From the IMG/VR virus record IMGVR_UViG_3300027732_000002: 64,000 nt of DNA; one strand, written 5' to 3'. Origin of the DNA: an uncultured virus (IMG/VR IMGVR_UViG_3300027732_000002). Lineage: Duplodnaviria; Heunggongvirae; Uroviricota; Caudoviricetes. The notes below the pieces were generated by a model, which did no database searches, had not been told where the DNA came from, and saw only the letters and a list, made by a program, of their open reading frames with translations. This document shows, piece by piece, positions 1 to 8,612 of this stretch (its first letter is position 1; each line of letters opens with the position of its first letter). The position numbers and the translations under genes are program-made.

Positions 1-1
1 C

Positions 2-445
2 CCCGCGGAACCTCTCCAAATTTCTCCGGAAGCCCTCGAAGTGGCTAACAGCTATCTCACAAGCCAATCTCACCAAAAAGTGGCTGAAGACCTAGACTTG
101 CCCGAGACCGTAGTGCTGGGCTACCTAGACCGTCCCGAGGTAAAACGGTACATTGATCAGGTGTTCTTCGATCAAGGGTTCAACAACCGGTTTATGCTAC
201 GCAAGGCAATGGATACCCTCATTAGCCGCAAGTTTCAAGAACTGGACGATGCAGACGTTGGATCCTCAAAAGACATTGCTGATCTCCTAGCTCTTAGCCA
301 CAAAATGACTATGGAACAACTAGACCGGCAGATTCAGTTGGAGAAACTAAAAGACAAAACACCCACAACCCAAACAAACATTCAAATAAACGATCTCTCA
401 AACCACCAACGGTTGTTAGAACGACTACTCCAAAACAAACTATGA
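2..445 (+). CDS. terS: Terminase small subunit, T5-like (5' partial)
   Basis: Frame is open from base 2 (PAEPLQISPEALEVANSYL...). Motifs EVKRYIDQVFFDQGFNNR, RKFQELDD..VGSSKDI and TQTNIQIN resemble T5 TerS; lies upstream of terL. Confidence 0.8.
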   Translation, partial: PAEPLQISPEALEVANSYLTSQSHQKVAEDLDLPETVVLGYLDRPEVKRYIDQVFFDQGFNNRFMLRKAMDTLISRKFQELDDADVGSSKDIADLLALSHKMTMEQLDRQIQLEKLKDKTPTTQTNIQINDLSNHQRLLERLLQNKL

Positions 446-1632
446 ATTATTACAATCGAGGGGTTGGTTATCTAGAAAAAGCCAACTACGCAAAAGCCCT
501 GACATTCTTTAAAAAAGAACGTCATATATTCAAAGAACTCTACCTAAACATGGGTAGTTGCTACAAGTACTTAGGCGATGATAACAAAGCTTATTACCAC
601 TACCTAAAGTCCACAGAGTCTTCAATACCTTTTTCCGATGGGACTTATGGAACCTATGACCTAGCTTTAAATAATCTGGGCCTAATGAACTACATGGCAG
701 AGTCAGATGACGTAGCCATTAACTATTACCTAGAGGCCCTAAAGACAACCCCAGACTTTCACTCTTGTCGTTGGCACCTAGGAATCGCACAGTACCGTAA
801 GTACCTATCCGGTGATATCACTTACCGTGACGAAGCTGTTGTGAACTACGACTTTAGGTTTTACCAAAAGTCGAATTATACTGCAATTGATAGCACACTA
901 CCACGTTGGGATGGTGTTAGTAGGGGCGAGTCCGTAGTGGTCCTAGCGGAACAGGGTTTGGGAGATAAGTTTCAGTGGTTGCGTTATGCTAAGTTGTTGG
1001 AGGGTTACTTTGATAAAGTATGGATTCAAATCCCTGAGTGTTTGCACGAGCTTTATGTTGATTACAGGGTATGTACAAAGGTTTCTGACACTGACGCTAC
1101 GTGTTGTGTTCCACTATGCTCACTAACTCGTTACTTTGATATTGATGCAGCACCACACAACTACTTAATCAAACCAGAACCCCACAACTTTGACACTAGT
1201 AACTTTCGTATTGGTATTGTTAATACCGGATCTACCGGTCATATTAATGATGTAAACCGATCTTGCAGTATTCACCACTTTTTAGGACTCGCCCGACCGG
1301 GGGTCTCACTATACAACCTTAGTCCTGGTGCTCGGGAGGTTAAGGGAATCACTAATCTAAATCCTGCCTCATGGACCGAGACTGCTAGATACTTACGGGG
1401 ACTAGACCTGGTAATTAGTGTAGATACCTCGGTTGTGCACCTAGCAGGTATACTAGACGTACCGTGTTGGGTTTTAATGCCTAAAAAGGACACTGACTTC
1501 CGTTGGGGGACTTCTGAGCTTGGCGATTCCAACGTGTGGTATCCCACGGTAAAGGTATTTAGAAACCCCGGTGATTGGGATCGTGTATTTAAGGTTGTAA
1601 AGGAGCTGTTAAAAAATGTTAAAAACAATTGA
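442..1632 (+). CDS. TPR-repeat protein with C-terminal GT-B (GT9-like) glycosyltransferase domain
   Basis: N-terminal TPR-like helices (LYLNMGSCY, ALNNLGLMNY); AEQGLGDKFQWLRY and DLVISVDTSVVHLAGILDVPCW..DFRW motifs typical of TPR-GT9-like proteins. Confidence 0.85.
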   Translation: MNYYNRGVGYLEKANYAKALTFFKKERHIFKELYLNMGSCYKYLGDDNKAYYHYLKSTESSIPFSDGTYGTYDLALNNLGLMNYMAESDDVAINYYLEALKTTPDFHSCRWHLGIAQYRKYLSGDITYRDEAVVNYDFRFYQKSNYTAIDSTLPRWDGVSRGESVVVLAEQGLGDKFQWLRYAKLLEGYFDKVWIQIPECLHELYVDYRVCTKVSDTDATCCVPLCSLTRYFDIDAAPHNYLIKPEPHNFDTSNFRIGIVNTGSTGHINDVNRSCSIHHFLGLARPGVSLYNLSPGAREVKGITNLNPASWTETARYLRGLDLVISVDTSVVHLAGILDVPCWVLMPKKDTDFRWGTSELGDSNVWYPTVKVFRNPGDWDRVFKVVKELLKNVKNN

Positions 1633-2323
1633 TAGTCGTTGGGGTGAAACAACCTTTTTCTTAAAAGACGAGTACGTTGGTCGTTCGCTCTGGTACTACG
1701 GCGAGTACAACCCAGACGAAACAGAAAAGATTATCGAGCTTGCTGGTTCGACTACCGGCATCTGCTTAGACATTGGTTCAAATATTGGTGTTATTAGCCA
1801 AGCACTGACGCACTCCGGCCACACAGTTCATGCTTGGGAGCCCCAACCAGAAGTGTTTAAGTTGCTGAGACGTAACGCTCCTAGTGCTACGGTTTATAAT
1901 GCAGCTGTTGGTAATCTGGAGGGTGTAGTACAAATGCCAAAGGTCCACTATTCCGAAAAGGGCAACTTTGGTGGGCTTAGCATTGGTACTCGCGGTAAAC
2001 TTGGTGTTTATGATGTGCCCCTAGTCACTATTGATAGCTATAACCTGCCGAAAGTAGGATTTATTAAGCTAGATGTAGAAGGTTATGAGACCCTAGCACT
2101 GAAAGGGGCTGTTGAAACTATTCGTCGCGATCGGCCCATTCTTTACGTTGAAGACGATCGAGCTGACCGTAGTGTGGAACTACGTAAGTTTATTAGTTCA
2201 CTGGGCTATTCGATAACAGAACATCGTCCACACCTATTTCGTGCTAAAAACTTTTTTAACTGCAGCAAGAATTGCTGGGATCGGTTATACGCCTCCCACA
2301 ATCTAATCTGCCATCCACTATGA
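1616..2323 (+). CDS. FkbM-family SAM-dependent methyltransferase
   Basis: LDIGSNIG SAM-binding motif, WEPQPE and FIKLDVEGYE motifs. Confidence 0.9.
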   Translation: MLKTIDSRWGETTFFLKDEYVGRSLWYYGEYNPDETEKIIELAGSTTGICLDIGSNIGVISQALTHSGHTVHAWEPQPEVFKLLRRNAPSATVYNAAVGNLEGVVQMPKVHYSEKGNFGGLSIGTRGKLGVYDVPLVTIDSYNLPKVGFIKLDVEGYETLALKGAVETIRRDRPILYVEDDRADRSVELRKFISSLGYSITEHRPHLFRAKNFFNCSKNCWDRLYASHNLICHPL

Positions 2324-3633
2324 CGCTAGTAGTATCCCGCGACAACATTTCTCGTACGGAAATTCAGCTGTTTGATCCTGTAGACCGTTTTATTAAACTA
2401 CCAGTTGAAAACTATCTAAAGTTACTAGACTTTGGGGGTACTAATGTTTGGGAGAATTTAAACCGACCACAGATAGCACTAATCAATGCTGTTAATTCAC
2501 CAGACTACCGCTTCATTACTGCTGCACTATCTCGCCGCCTAGGCAAAACGTTTATTGCTAATGTAATTGGACAGTTGGTAGTTCTAGTGCCTAACTGTAA
2601 TGTCTTAATCATGAGTCCTAATTTTAGCTTGTCTAGCATTAGTTTTGAACTACAACGCAAGCTGATAAAGACGTTTGATATTGAGGTGGCTAAGGACAAT
2701 CTAAAAGATAAGGTGATCGAGCTTACAAATGGCAGTTCTGTGCGTATGGGATCGCTGTCTACAGTGGATTCGTGTGTTGGTCGTTCGTATAACCTAATCA
2801 TCTTTGACGAGGCTGCGCTAGGGTCAGATGCCGAAGCAGCATTTAACGTTTCACTACGCCCGACCCTAGATCGTCCGGGATCAAAAGCAATCTTTATTTC
2901 AACGCCTCGCGGTAAGAACAATTGGTTTTCTCGTTTCTACGATCGTGGCTTTTCTAGTGCTTACCCAGAATGGTGCTCACTACAAGCCGACTACACTGAA
3001 AATGAGCGTATGTCGGATAAAGACGTGAAGGAAGCTCGGGCATCGATGACAAAAGCAGAGTTTGAGCAAGAATACCTAGCGTCCTTCACAGTATTCGCTG
3101 GTCAGATCTTTGAGTTTGATGCTGCGGAACACGTTGTAGAGTTTGACCGCAATACTCACAGTAAAGTAGAAGTTATCGGAGGACTAGATCCTGGATATAG
3201 AGATCCTACTGCTTTTGTTGTTGTAGCGTATATTGCTGAGGAAGACATATTCCATATCGTGGATGAGTACCAAGCTTCGGAAGCAACAACATCACAGCAT
3301 GCTCAGGCTATCACAGATCTTAATACCCTATGGGGAATTGAAACCATATTTATTGATAGTGCAGCAGCACAGTTTGCTGGTGACTTAGCTTATACTTACA
3401 ATATTGCTACTATTAAAGCTAAAAAGCAGGTATTAGAAGGTATCGCGTATTTACAGACCATTATTAGTCAGGGTCGATTACGGGTGGCTCCACATTGTAG
3501 TAATACTCTGCTGATGCTAGACCAATATCAGTGGGACACTAGTAATACACTGAACCGAGAGCGGCCAGTTCATGACCATACTAGCCACATTGCAGATGCC
3601 TTACGCTACGCACTTTATACGTATACAATATGA
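2320..3633 (+). CDS. terL: Terminase large subunit, T5-like
   Basis: SRRLGKT Walker A variant, LIIFDEAAL Walker B, ISTPRG, GLDPGYRD nuclease motif, HIADALRYA. The ATG at 2320 overlaps the upstream stop (ATGA). Confidence 0.95.
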   Translation: MTLVVSRDNISRTEIQLFDPVDRFIKLPVENYLKLLDFGGTNVWENLNRPQIALINAVNSPDYRFITAALSRRLGKTFIANVIGQLVVLVPNCNVLIMSPNFSLSSISFELQRKLIKTFDIEVAKDNLKDKVIELTNGSSVRMGSLSTVDSCVGRSYNLIIFDEAALGSDAEAAFNVSLRPTLDRPGSKAIFISTPRGKNNWFSRFYDRGFSSAYPEWCSLQADYTENERMSDKDVKEARASMTKAEFEQEYLASFTVFAGQIFEFDAAEHVVEFDRNTHSKVEVIGGLDPGYRDPTAFVVVAYIAEEDIFHIVDEYQASEATTSQHAQAITDLNTLWGIETIFIDSAAAQFAGDLAYTYNIATIKAKKQVLEGIAYLQTIISQGRLRVAPHCSNTLLMLDQYQWDTSNTLNRERPVHDHTSHIADALRYALYTYTI

Positions 3634-4205
3634 TAACAGGAATCTATAAGCTAACCTTTCCATCAGGAATGTTTTATATTGGAAAGTCTAACGACATAAA
3701 AAACCGTTGGCGTCAACATTACGATAACCTTGTAAAGGGTAAAGGCTCTAGTCGTATGCAGGCTGAGTTCAATCGTTACAAGGACTACACACAAGAAGTT
3801 CTACTAGAGTGCCACCACGACCACATCGACATAATGGAAACCTACTTTATTAACTACAGTAATAAAGGCATGATGCTTAACACCATCTTTGCCCAACCTC
3901 TGCCCCCAGAACAGTACGATCCTATTCTGCAAAATATGGGATTGTTACGTTACAGCACTTCACAGCACGTAAAAGCCCTAGCAGAACAGACTGTAACAAT
4001 AAAAAATCTACAGGCCGAACTAGCCCGTGAACGCGCTAAGCCTGCTATAGTAATTAAAGAGTATGGAGACAGTACTGTTTACGTACAAGAACTTCAAGCT
4101 GAGATTGACGAACTAGAAATAGAAAATGAATACTTACTAAGTCGTTTACAACTAATAAAAGGCGATGTAAAAAAGTCCAGCTGGTTTAAACGTATTTTTG
4201 GTTAA
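3630..4205 (+). CDS. GIY-YIG endonuclease with coiled-coil C-terminus
   Basis: GIYKL...FYIGKS..IKNRWRQH motif; free-standing after terL. Confidence 0.8.
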   Translation: MITGIYKLTFPSGMFYIGKSNDIKNRWRQHYDNLVKGKGSSRMQAEFNRYKDYTQEVLLECHHDHIDIMETYFINYSNKGMMLNTIFAQPLPPEQYDPILQNMGLLRYSTSQHVKALAEQTVTIKNLQAELARERAKPAIVIKEYGDSTVYVQELQAEIDELEIENEYLLSRLQLIKGDVKKSSWFKRIFG

Positions 4206-4206
4206 T

Positions 4207-4243
4207 AAAAACCCTGATAGTATAACAACTATCAGGGTTTTTT
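4207..4243 (+). terminator. Intrinsic terminator
   Basis: AAAAACCCTGATAGT-ataaca-ACTATCAGGGTTTTT hairpin with T tract. Confidence 0.85.
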
Positions 4244-4270
4244 GTTTTGGTAGGTAGCAAAATTTTATTG

Positions 4271-4299
4271 TTGACTTTGATTCCCTGTAATGATATAAT
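4271..4299 (+). promoter_or_regulatory. Sigma70/T5-type promoter for head genes
   Basis: TTGACT-17 bp-TATAAT with upstream AAAATTTT. Confidence 0.85.
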
Positions 4300-4328
4300 A
4301 AGTGAGTTGAAAAAATTTGGTGATAAAA

Positions 4329-4763
4329 ATGGCAAAGAATACGGATAACAAACGTATTGCAGTAAAGCACGTTAGAGACAAGGCTAAGTCAGCATACGAA
4401 AAGAGTGACCACTGTTGCATTTGTGATGGGCGTGAAGATCTAGAACTTCATCATACGCATAGTATTACTATACTGTTAAATGATTGGGCTCACAAAAAGG
4501 GTTACGACATTAGCACTGATGCGGGCATCTTGGAAGTACGCGACGAGTTCATTGAGACCCACCACAAACAAATTTACGAAGACGTTTACACCCTGTGTAA
4601 TCGTCACCATGTCAAGCTGCACAGCATTTATGGAAAAGCACCTGCAACGCACAGTGCTCCAAAACAAACCCTGTGGATACAAAAACAAAGAGAAAAATTC
4701 CTAGGGGGCGAAACAGGTATTAAAACTGTAGCCACTGCCGGAACTTTTGCTCAGTTTTACTAA
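4329..4763 (+). CDS. HNH nicking endonuclease, T5-like
   Basis: CCIC..EDLELHH...TLCNRHHVKLHSIYG; lies between terL and portal as in T5. Confidence 0.8.
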   Translation: MAKNTDNKRIAVKHVRDKAKSAYEKSDHCCICDGREDLELHHTHSITILLNDWAHKKGYDISTDAGILEVRDEFIETHHKQIYEDVYTLCNRHHVKLHSIYGKAPATHSAPKQTLWIQKQREKFLGGETGIKTVATAGTFAQFY

Positions 4764-4771
4764 GGAAAAAT

Positions 4772-6001
4772 ATGGCTTGGTATAATCCCAAGGATTGGTT
4801 TAAAGACAACACAGAAAAGTTAAATCCTGCCCAAGAAATTATTGCACGGCATGAAGGCAGCTTTATTGGTAGTAGCTATCATATTAGCTACTCAAGTGCT
4901 TTTAATGCTTTAGAGTCTGTAAACCGTGGTACTAATTTAATTGTTAGTGCGTGCAGTAGCATGGATTACGACATTAAAGATAAGAAAATTGAAGGTGTAG
5001 CTGCTAGCGGTATTCGTCAAAAAACGTTAAATACTCTGTTAAATTATACCCCCAACCCTTTTCAAAGTACGCAAGAATTCAGGAATAATATCTTCACAGA
5101 CTTCTTGTTAGAAGGTAATATATTTATCTATTACGATGGTGTGCATCTGTATCACCTACCTTCTTCAAAAGTAATCATTGAAACAGACCCTAAAACTTTT
5201 GTTAGCGGTTATAGATACAACGCTGAAACATTGTTTAAGCCGTCAGAAATTATTCATATAAAAGATTTAAATAGTACGTCTATTTATAGAGGTACTAGTA
5301 GACTATCTTCCGCAGATAGAAATATTAAGATTCTATACAAGATGCAAGCTTTTCAGGAGCAGTTCTTTGAAAATGGAGCAGTTACCGGTTTAATATTTAC
5401 TTCAGATAATACACTTAGTCAAACAGCCAAAGATAAAACTATGGCTTACTGGTCTCAGCGATATAGTCCAAAAAATGGAGCTAGAAAGCCCATGATTTTA
5501 GACTCAGGACTGAAGCCTGTTTTTAACTTATCAGAATCCTTTAAAGAAATGGATTTTGATATTAGTATTAAAACTCACGACACAAAGATTCTTAAGTCCC
5601 TTGGTGTGCCACCGATTCTTCTAGACGGCGGTAATAACGCGAATATTTCCCCTAACCTACGGTTGTTTTATCTAGAGACCGTAATGCCTATAGTTACAAA
5701 GTATGTAAGCGCCTTGGAGCGTTACTTTGGTTATGACGTCCAAGCAATTACTAGTACAGTAAGTGCCCTACAGCCAGAATTAAAGGATGTAGCTTCCTAC
5801 CATAGTACTCTAGTTAATGCTGGAATTATTTCACCAAACGAGGCTCGAGAGGAACTACGTTATACCTCAAAAGCAGGAAGTGATGACTTACGAATCCCAG
5901 CTAATATAGCTGGATCCGCATCAAATCCAAGTGTAGGTGGGGCTCCTAAACAAACAAACGAACCGCCTAGTTCTGCTAGTAGTAAGGACACAAATGAATA
6001 A
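4772..6001 (+). CDS. Portal protein (HK97/T5 pb7-like)
   Basis: EKLNPAQ, LNYTPNPFQ, EIIHIKD, LGVPPILLDGGNNANISPN and GIISPNEARE motifs. Confidence 0.93.
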   Translation: MAWYNPKDWFKDNTEKLNPAQEIIARHEGSFIGSSYHISYSSAFNALESVNRGTNLIVSACSSMDYDIKDKKIEGVAASGIRQKTLNTLLNYTPNPFQSTQEFRNNIFTDFLLEGNIFIYYDGVHLYHLPSSKVIIETDPKTFVSGYRYNAETLFKPSEIIHIKDLNSTSIYRGTSRLSSADRNIKILYKMQAFQEQFFENGAVTGLIFTSDNTLSQTAKDKTMAYWSQRYSPKNGARKPMILDSGLKPVFNLSESFKEMDFDISIKTHDTKILKSLGVPPILLDGGNNANISPNLRLFYLETVMPIVTKYVSALERYFGYDVQAITSTVSALQPELKDVASYHSTLVNAGIISPNEAREELRYTSKAGSDDLRIPANIAGSASNPSVGGAPKQTNEPPSSASSKDTNE

Positions 6002-7949
6002 AAATAAAGTACTATATGTAAATAGTGCTTTACCCTTAAACCTAAAAGATAGTTTACCAGGTAATACTATCGATTCCATCTATATCGAAGGATACGCAAG
6101 TACTTGCGATGTAGATAGAACCGGTGATATTGTTAGTGCCGCAGCTTGGAAAGCAGGACTAACAAACTATCTTAAAAACCCTATTATTCTAGCGTTCCAC
6201 GATCATGACGATCCAGTGGGTAGAATGGTGGAACACAGGGTAGATAGTAAAGGTTTATGGATTAAAGCAAGAATCTCCGCAGCAGCTGAAATATTTAACC
6301 TTGTAAAAGACAATGTTTTAACTGCATTTTCGATTGGCTTTAAGGTCATGGATGCGGAATACGATTCCGAATCTGAGATATTTATGATAAAGGAAATCGA
6401 GCTGGTTGAAATCTCAATCGTTTCAGTTCCTTGTAACCAAAACACACTTTTCAGTTTAGCTAAAGCGTTTGATAACGCAGAAGACTATACGGTATTTAAA
6501 AAGCAATTTGCTAAGAATGTTGGGACTGTCCCACAGATCGAAGTAAAAAGCACAACTCCAAAGGAATGGATTATGTCTCCAGAAGAAATCAAACAAATGC
6601 TCGAAGCCGCAACAAAGCAGGCCGCTGAGCAAGCTACACAAGCCCTACTAACAAAGCAAGCTGCTGAAGCTGCTGCGTTAAAGCAAAAAGAAGCTGCTGA
6701 AGCTGAACTAAATGCTAAGGTAGCCGCTGCTGTTGCCACCTCAATCAAGTCAGGCGAGTCAGGTGCTGAGCGTCTACTAGCCGACATTACAAAGCGTTTC
6801 GAAGACCAATCAACAGCTTCACTAGCTGGTCTAGAAGCCGTAATCAAGGAAAAGGTTAGCGAACTAGCTAAGCTACAAACCTCAAAGATGAGCTTTGCCG
6901 ATACCGGTGCTCCCCAGTCAAGCTACGCCGACCGTGAAAAAGCTGTTCTACTAAGCAAGATCATGGGCAAGTCAATCGAAGATACACGCTTCGGTCGTCA
7001 AGTAATGGAAAAGTCTGGCGCTCACATTCCTACTGGCTTTACTGTTGGTAACGTAACCGGTACTTCAGTTTGGGAAACAGAAGTTTCCACAAACATGGAA
7101 ATGGAAATTCGTCGTCGCTTAGTAGTTGCTCCTACACTACGTCAAATCGCCATGACCACAAACGTTATGGCTATTCCAGTTAATCCAGAAGCTTCTTCAG
7201 CTACTTGGATGGCTAATACTAGCTTCGGTGCTGCTGCTTCAGCTGGTGCTACCCTAACACATGCATTAAAAGAGATCCAACTCAATGCATATAAGGTTGC
7301 TACAAACGAGTACATGGCCTACGAAGAAGAAGAAGATTCACTAATCGTTCTACTTCCTATCATCCGTGATGGCATGGTTCGCCGTGTTGCTCGTGCAGTT
7401 GACAAGGCTTTCCTACGTGGCGCTGGTTCAGGTGCTGATCCTGTTAAGGGTCTTTCACTATATGATGCTACATCAGCCGTAACAGTTACAAATACTGGTA
7501 AGGTTACTGTTGCTGATCTACGTCTACTACGCCGTGACCTAGGACCTTGGGGCCTTGATCCAGCTGAGTTGATCTATCTTGTTTCCACAGAAACATACTA
7601 CGATCTACTAGACGACACAACCTTCCAGACCATGAACCAAGTTGGCCCACAGGCTACACTACTAACTGGTCAAATCGGTCAAATCGGTAACACTCCAGTT
7701 CTAGTATCTGGTGAGTTCGATGCCCGCATTGGTGGTTCAAGCTCTACAAACACCAACATCGGTGCTATCTGCTTTGCTCCAGCTAACTTCTTAGGTGGTA
7801 ATCAGCGCGGTCTACGTGTTGACACACAAGAACTAGTTGAAACACAGCGTCGTGTTCTAGTTGCTTCACTACGTACTGGTCTAACACAGATCTCTAACGT
7901 TGTAGGCGGTGTCACCCAACAAGGTGTCTCCACACTACGTCATACTTGA
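5994..7949 (+). CDS. Prohead protease fused in frame to HK97-fold major capsid protein (likely internal MCP start at 6573)
   Basis: IEGYAST..VDRTGD, NPIILAFHDH, AFSIGF and EISIVSVPCN protease motifs, then an Ala/Glu-rich scaffold and capsid domain with no stop between. AAGGA SD before ATG 5994 and before ATG 6573. Confidence 0.9.
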   Translation: MNKNKVLYVNSALPLNLKDSLPGNTIDSIYIEGYASTCDVDRTGDIVSAAAWKAGLTNYLKNPIILAFHDHDDPVGRMVEHRVDSKGLWIKARISAAAEIFNLVKDNVLTAFSIGFKVMDAEYDSESEIFMIKEIELVEISIVSVPCNQNTLFSLAKAFDNAEDYTVFKKQFAKNVGTVPQIEVKSTTPKEWIMSPEEIKQMLEAATKQAAEQATQALLTKQAAEAAALKQKEAAEAELNAKVAAAVATSIKSGESGAERLLADITKRFEDQSTASLAGLEAVIKEKVSELAKLQTSKMSFADTGAPQSSYADREKAVLLSKIMGKSIEDTRFGRQVMEKSGAHIPTGFTVGNVTGTSVWETEVSTNMEMEIRRRLVVAPTLRQIAMTTNVMAIPVNPEASSATWMANTSFGAAASAGATLTHALKEIQLNAYKVATNEYMAYEEEEDSLIVLLPIIRDGMVRRVARAVDKAFLRGAGSGADPVKGLSLYDATSAVTVTNTGKVTVADLRLLRRDLGPWGLDPAELIYLVSTETYYDLLDDTTFQTMNQVGPQATLLTGQIGQIGNTPVLVSGEFDARIGGSSSTNTNIGAICFAPANFLGGNQRGLRVDTQELVETQRRVLVASLRTGLTQISNVVGGVTQQGVSTLRHT

Positions 7950-7963
7950 TTCTTAATTGAGTT

Positions 7964-7995
7964 AAAGATAAGGGCTTCGGCCCTTATCTTTTATT
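7964..7995 (+). terminator. Intrinsic terminator after capsid gene
   Basis: AAAGATAAGGGC-ttcg-GCCCTTATCTTT hairpin followed by T-rich tract. Confidence 0.85.
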
Positions 7996-8036
7996 AGTAC
8001 ATTCAGTGTACTAATAAAAGATACAAAGGAATAATA

Positions 8037-8612
8037 ATGGCAACAAACTTAGTAACACGTGCAGAATACAAAACCTACGTAGGTATTACTAGTACTACGT
8101 CAGATGCCGAAATCGATCTACTAATCACAAACGTGTCTGCACTAATAAAAGCCTATTGCCGACAAACATTTGTTGACTATGTTGATGATCCCAAAACCGA
8201 GCGTTTTAATGGCGGTAACTTTGACAGTTACTACCTAAAAGAATATCCAGTCATTGCTATAAACTCCGTGGAGTATAGCAGCGACTATGGTGCTACTTAT
8301 ACTGCACTAACTCAGTACACAGACTGGGTTTACGATCCTTCAATTATAGCTATTCGCTCGCTAGCGTATACTGGATTTTCTAATGCTATCAACGGCTATA
8401 AGGTAACCTACAACTGCGGCTACGAAACTATTCCAGTTGACTTAAAAATGGCTGTTATGGATCTAGTCACCTACTACCGCAAAAACGACTCAGCTGTTCA
8501 TGCGCAAAGGTCTGCCAACCCTAATTCAATGCAGGTTGAATATATTTCTAGTAGCACTTTCCCTGCACATATTCAGCGTATACTAGATCTCTACACTGCG
8601 GACTTTACATGA
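8037..8612 (+). CDS. Head-tail connector / head completion protein (T5 p144-like)
   Basis: EYKTYVGI..., VTYNCGYETIPVDLKMA, FPAHIQRILDLY; follows the capsid gene. Confidence 0.85.
   Translation: MATNLVTRAEYKTYVGITSTTSDAEIDLLITNVSALIKAYCRQTFVDYVDDPKTERFNGGNFDSYYLKEYPVIAINSVEYSSDYGATYTALTQYTDWVYDPSIIAIRSLAYTGFSNAINGYKVTYNCGYETIPVDLKMAVMDLVTYYRKNDSAVHAQRSANPNSMQVEYISSSTFPAHIQRILDLYTADFT

Noticed and set aside
2272..2319. Upstream ORF-finder starts for terL and others (5937, 44626, 46947, 48563, 55200, 59725)
   Set aside because: Downstream ATGs have SD sites or stop-start overlaps; several of the longer versions run through promoters or upstream genes.
4329..4763. T5-type programmed nick sites (GCGC-core) implied by the nicking endonuclease
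   Set aside because: Scattered GCGCRG matches exist, but enrichment or strand bias cannot be established by eye.
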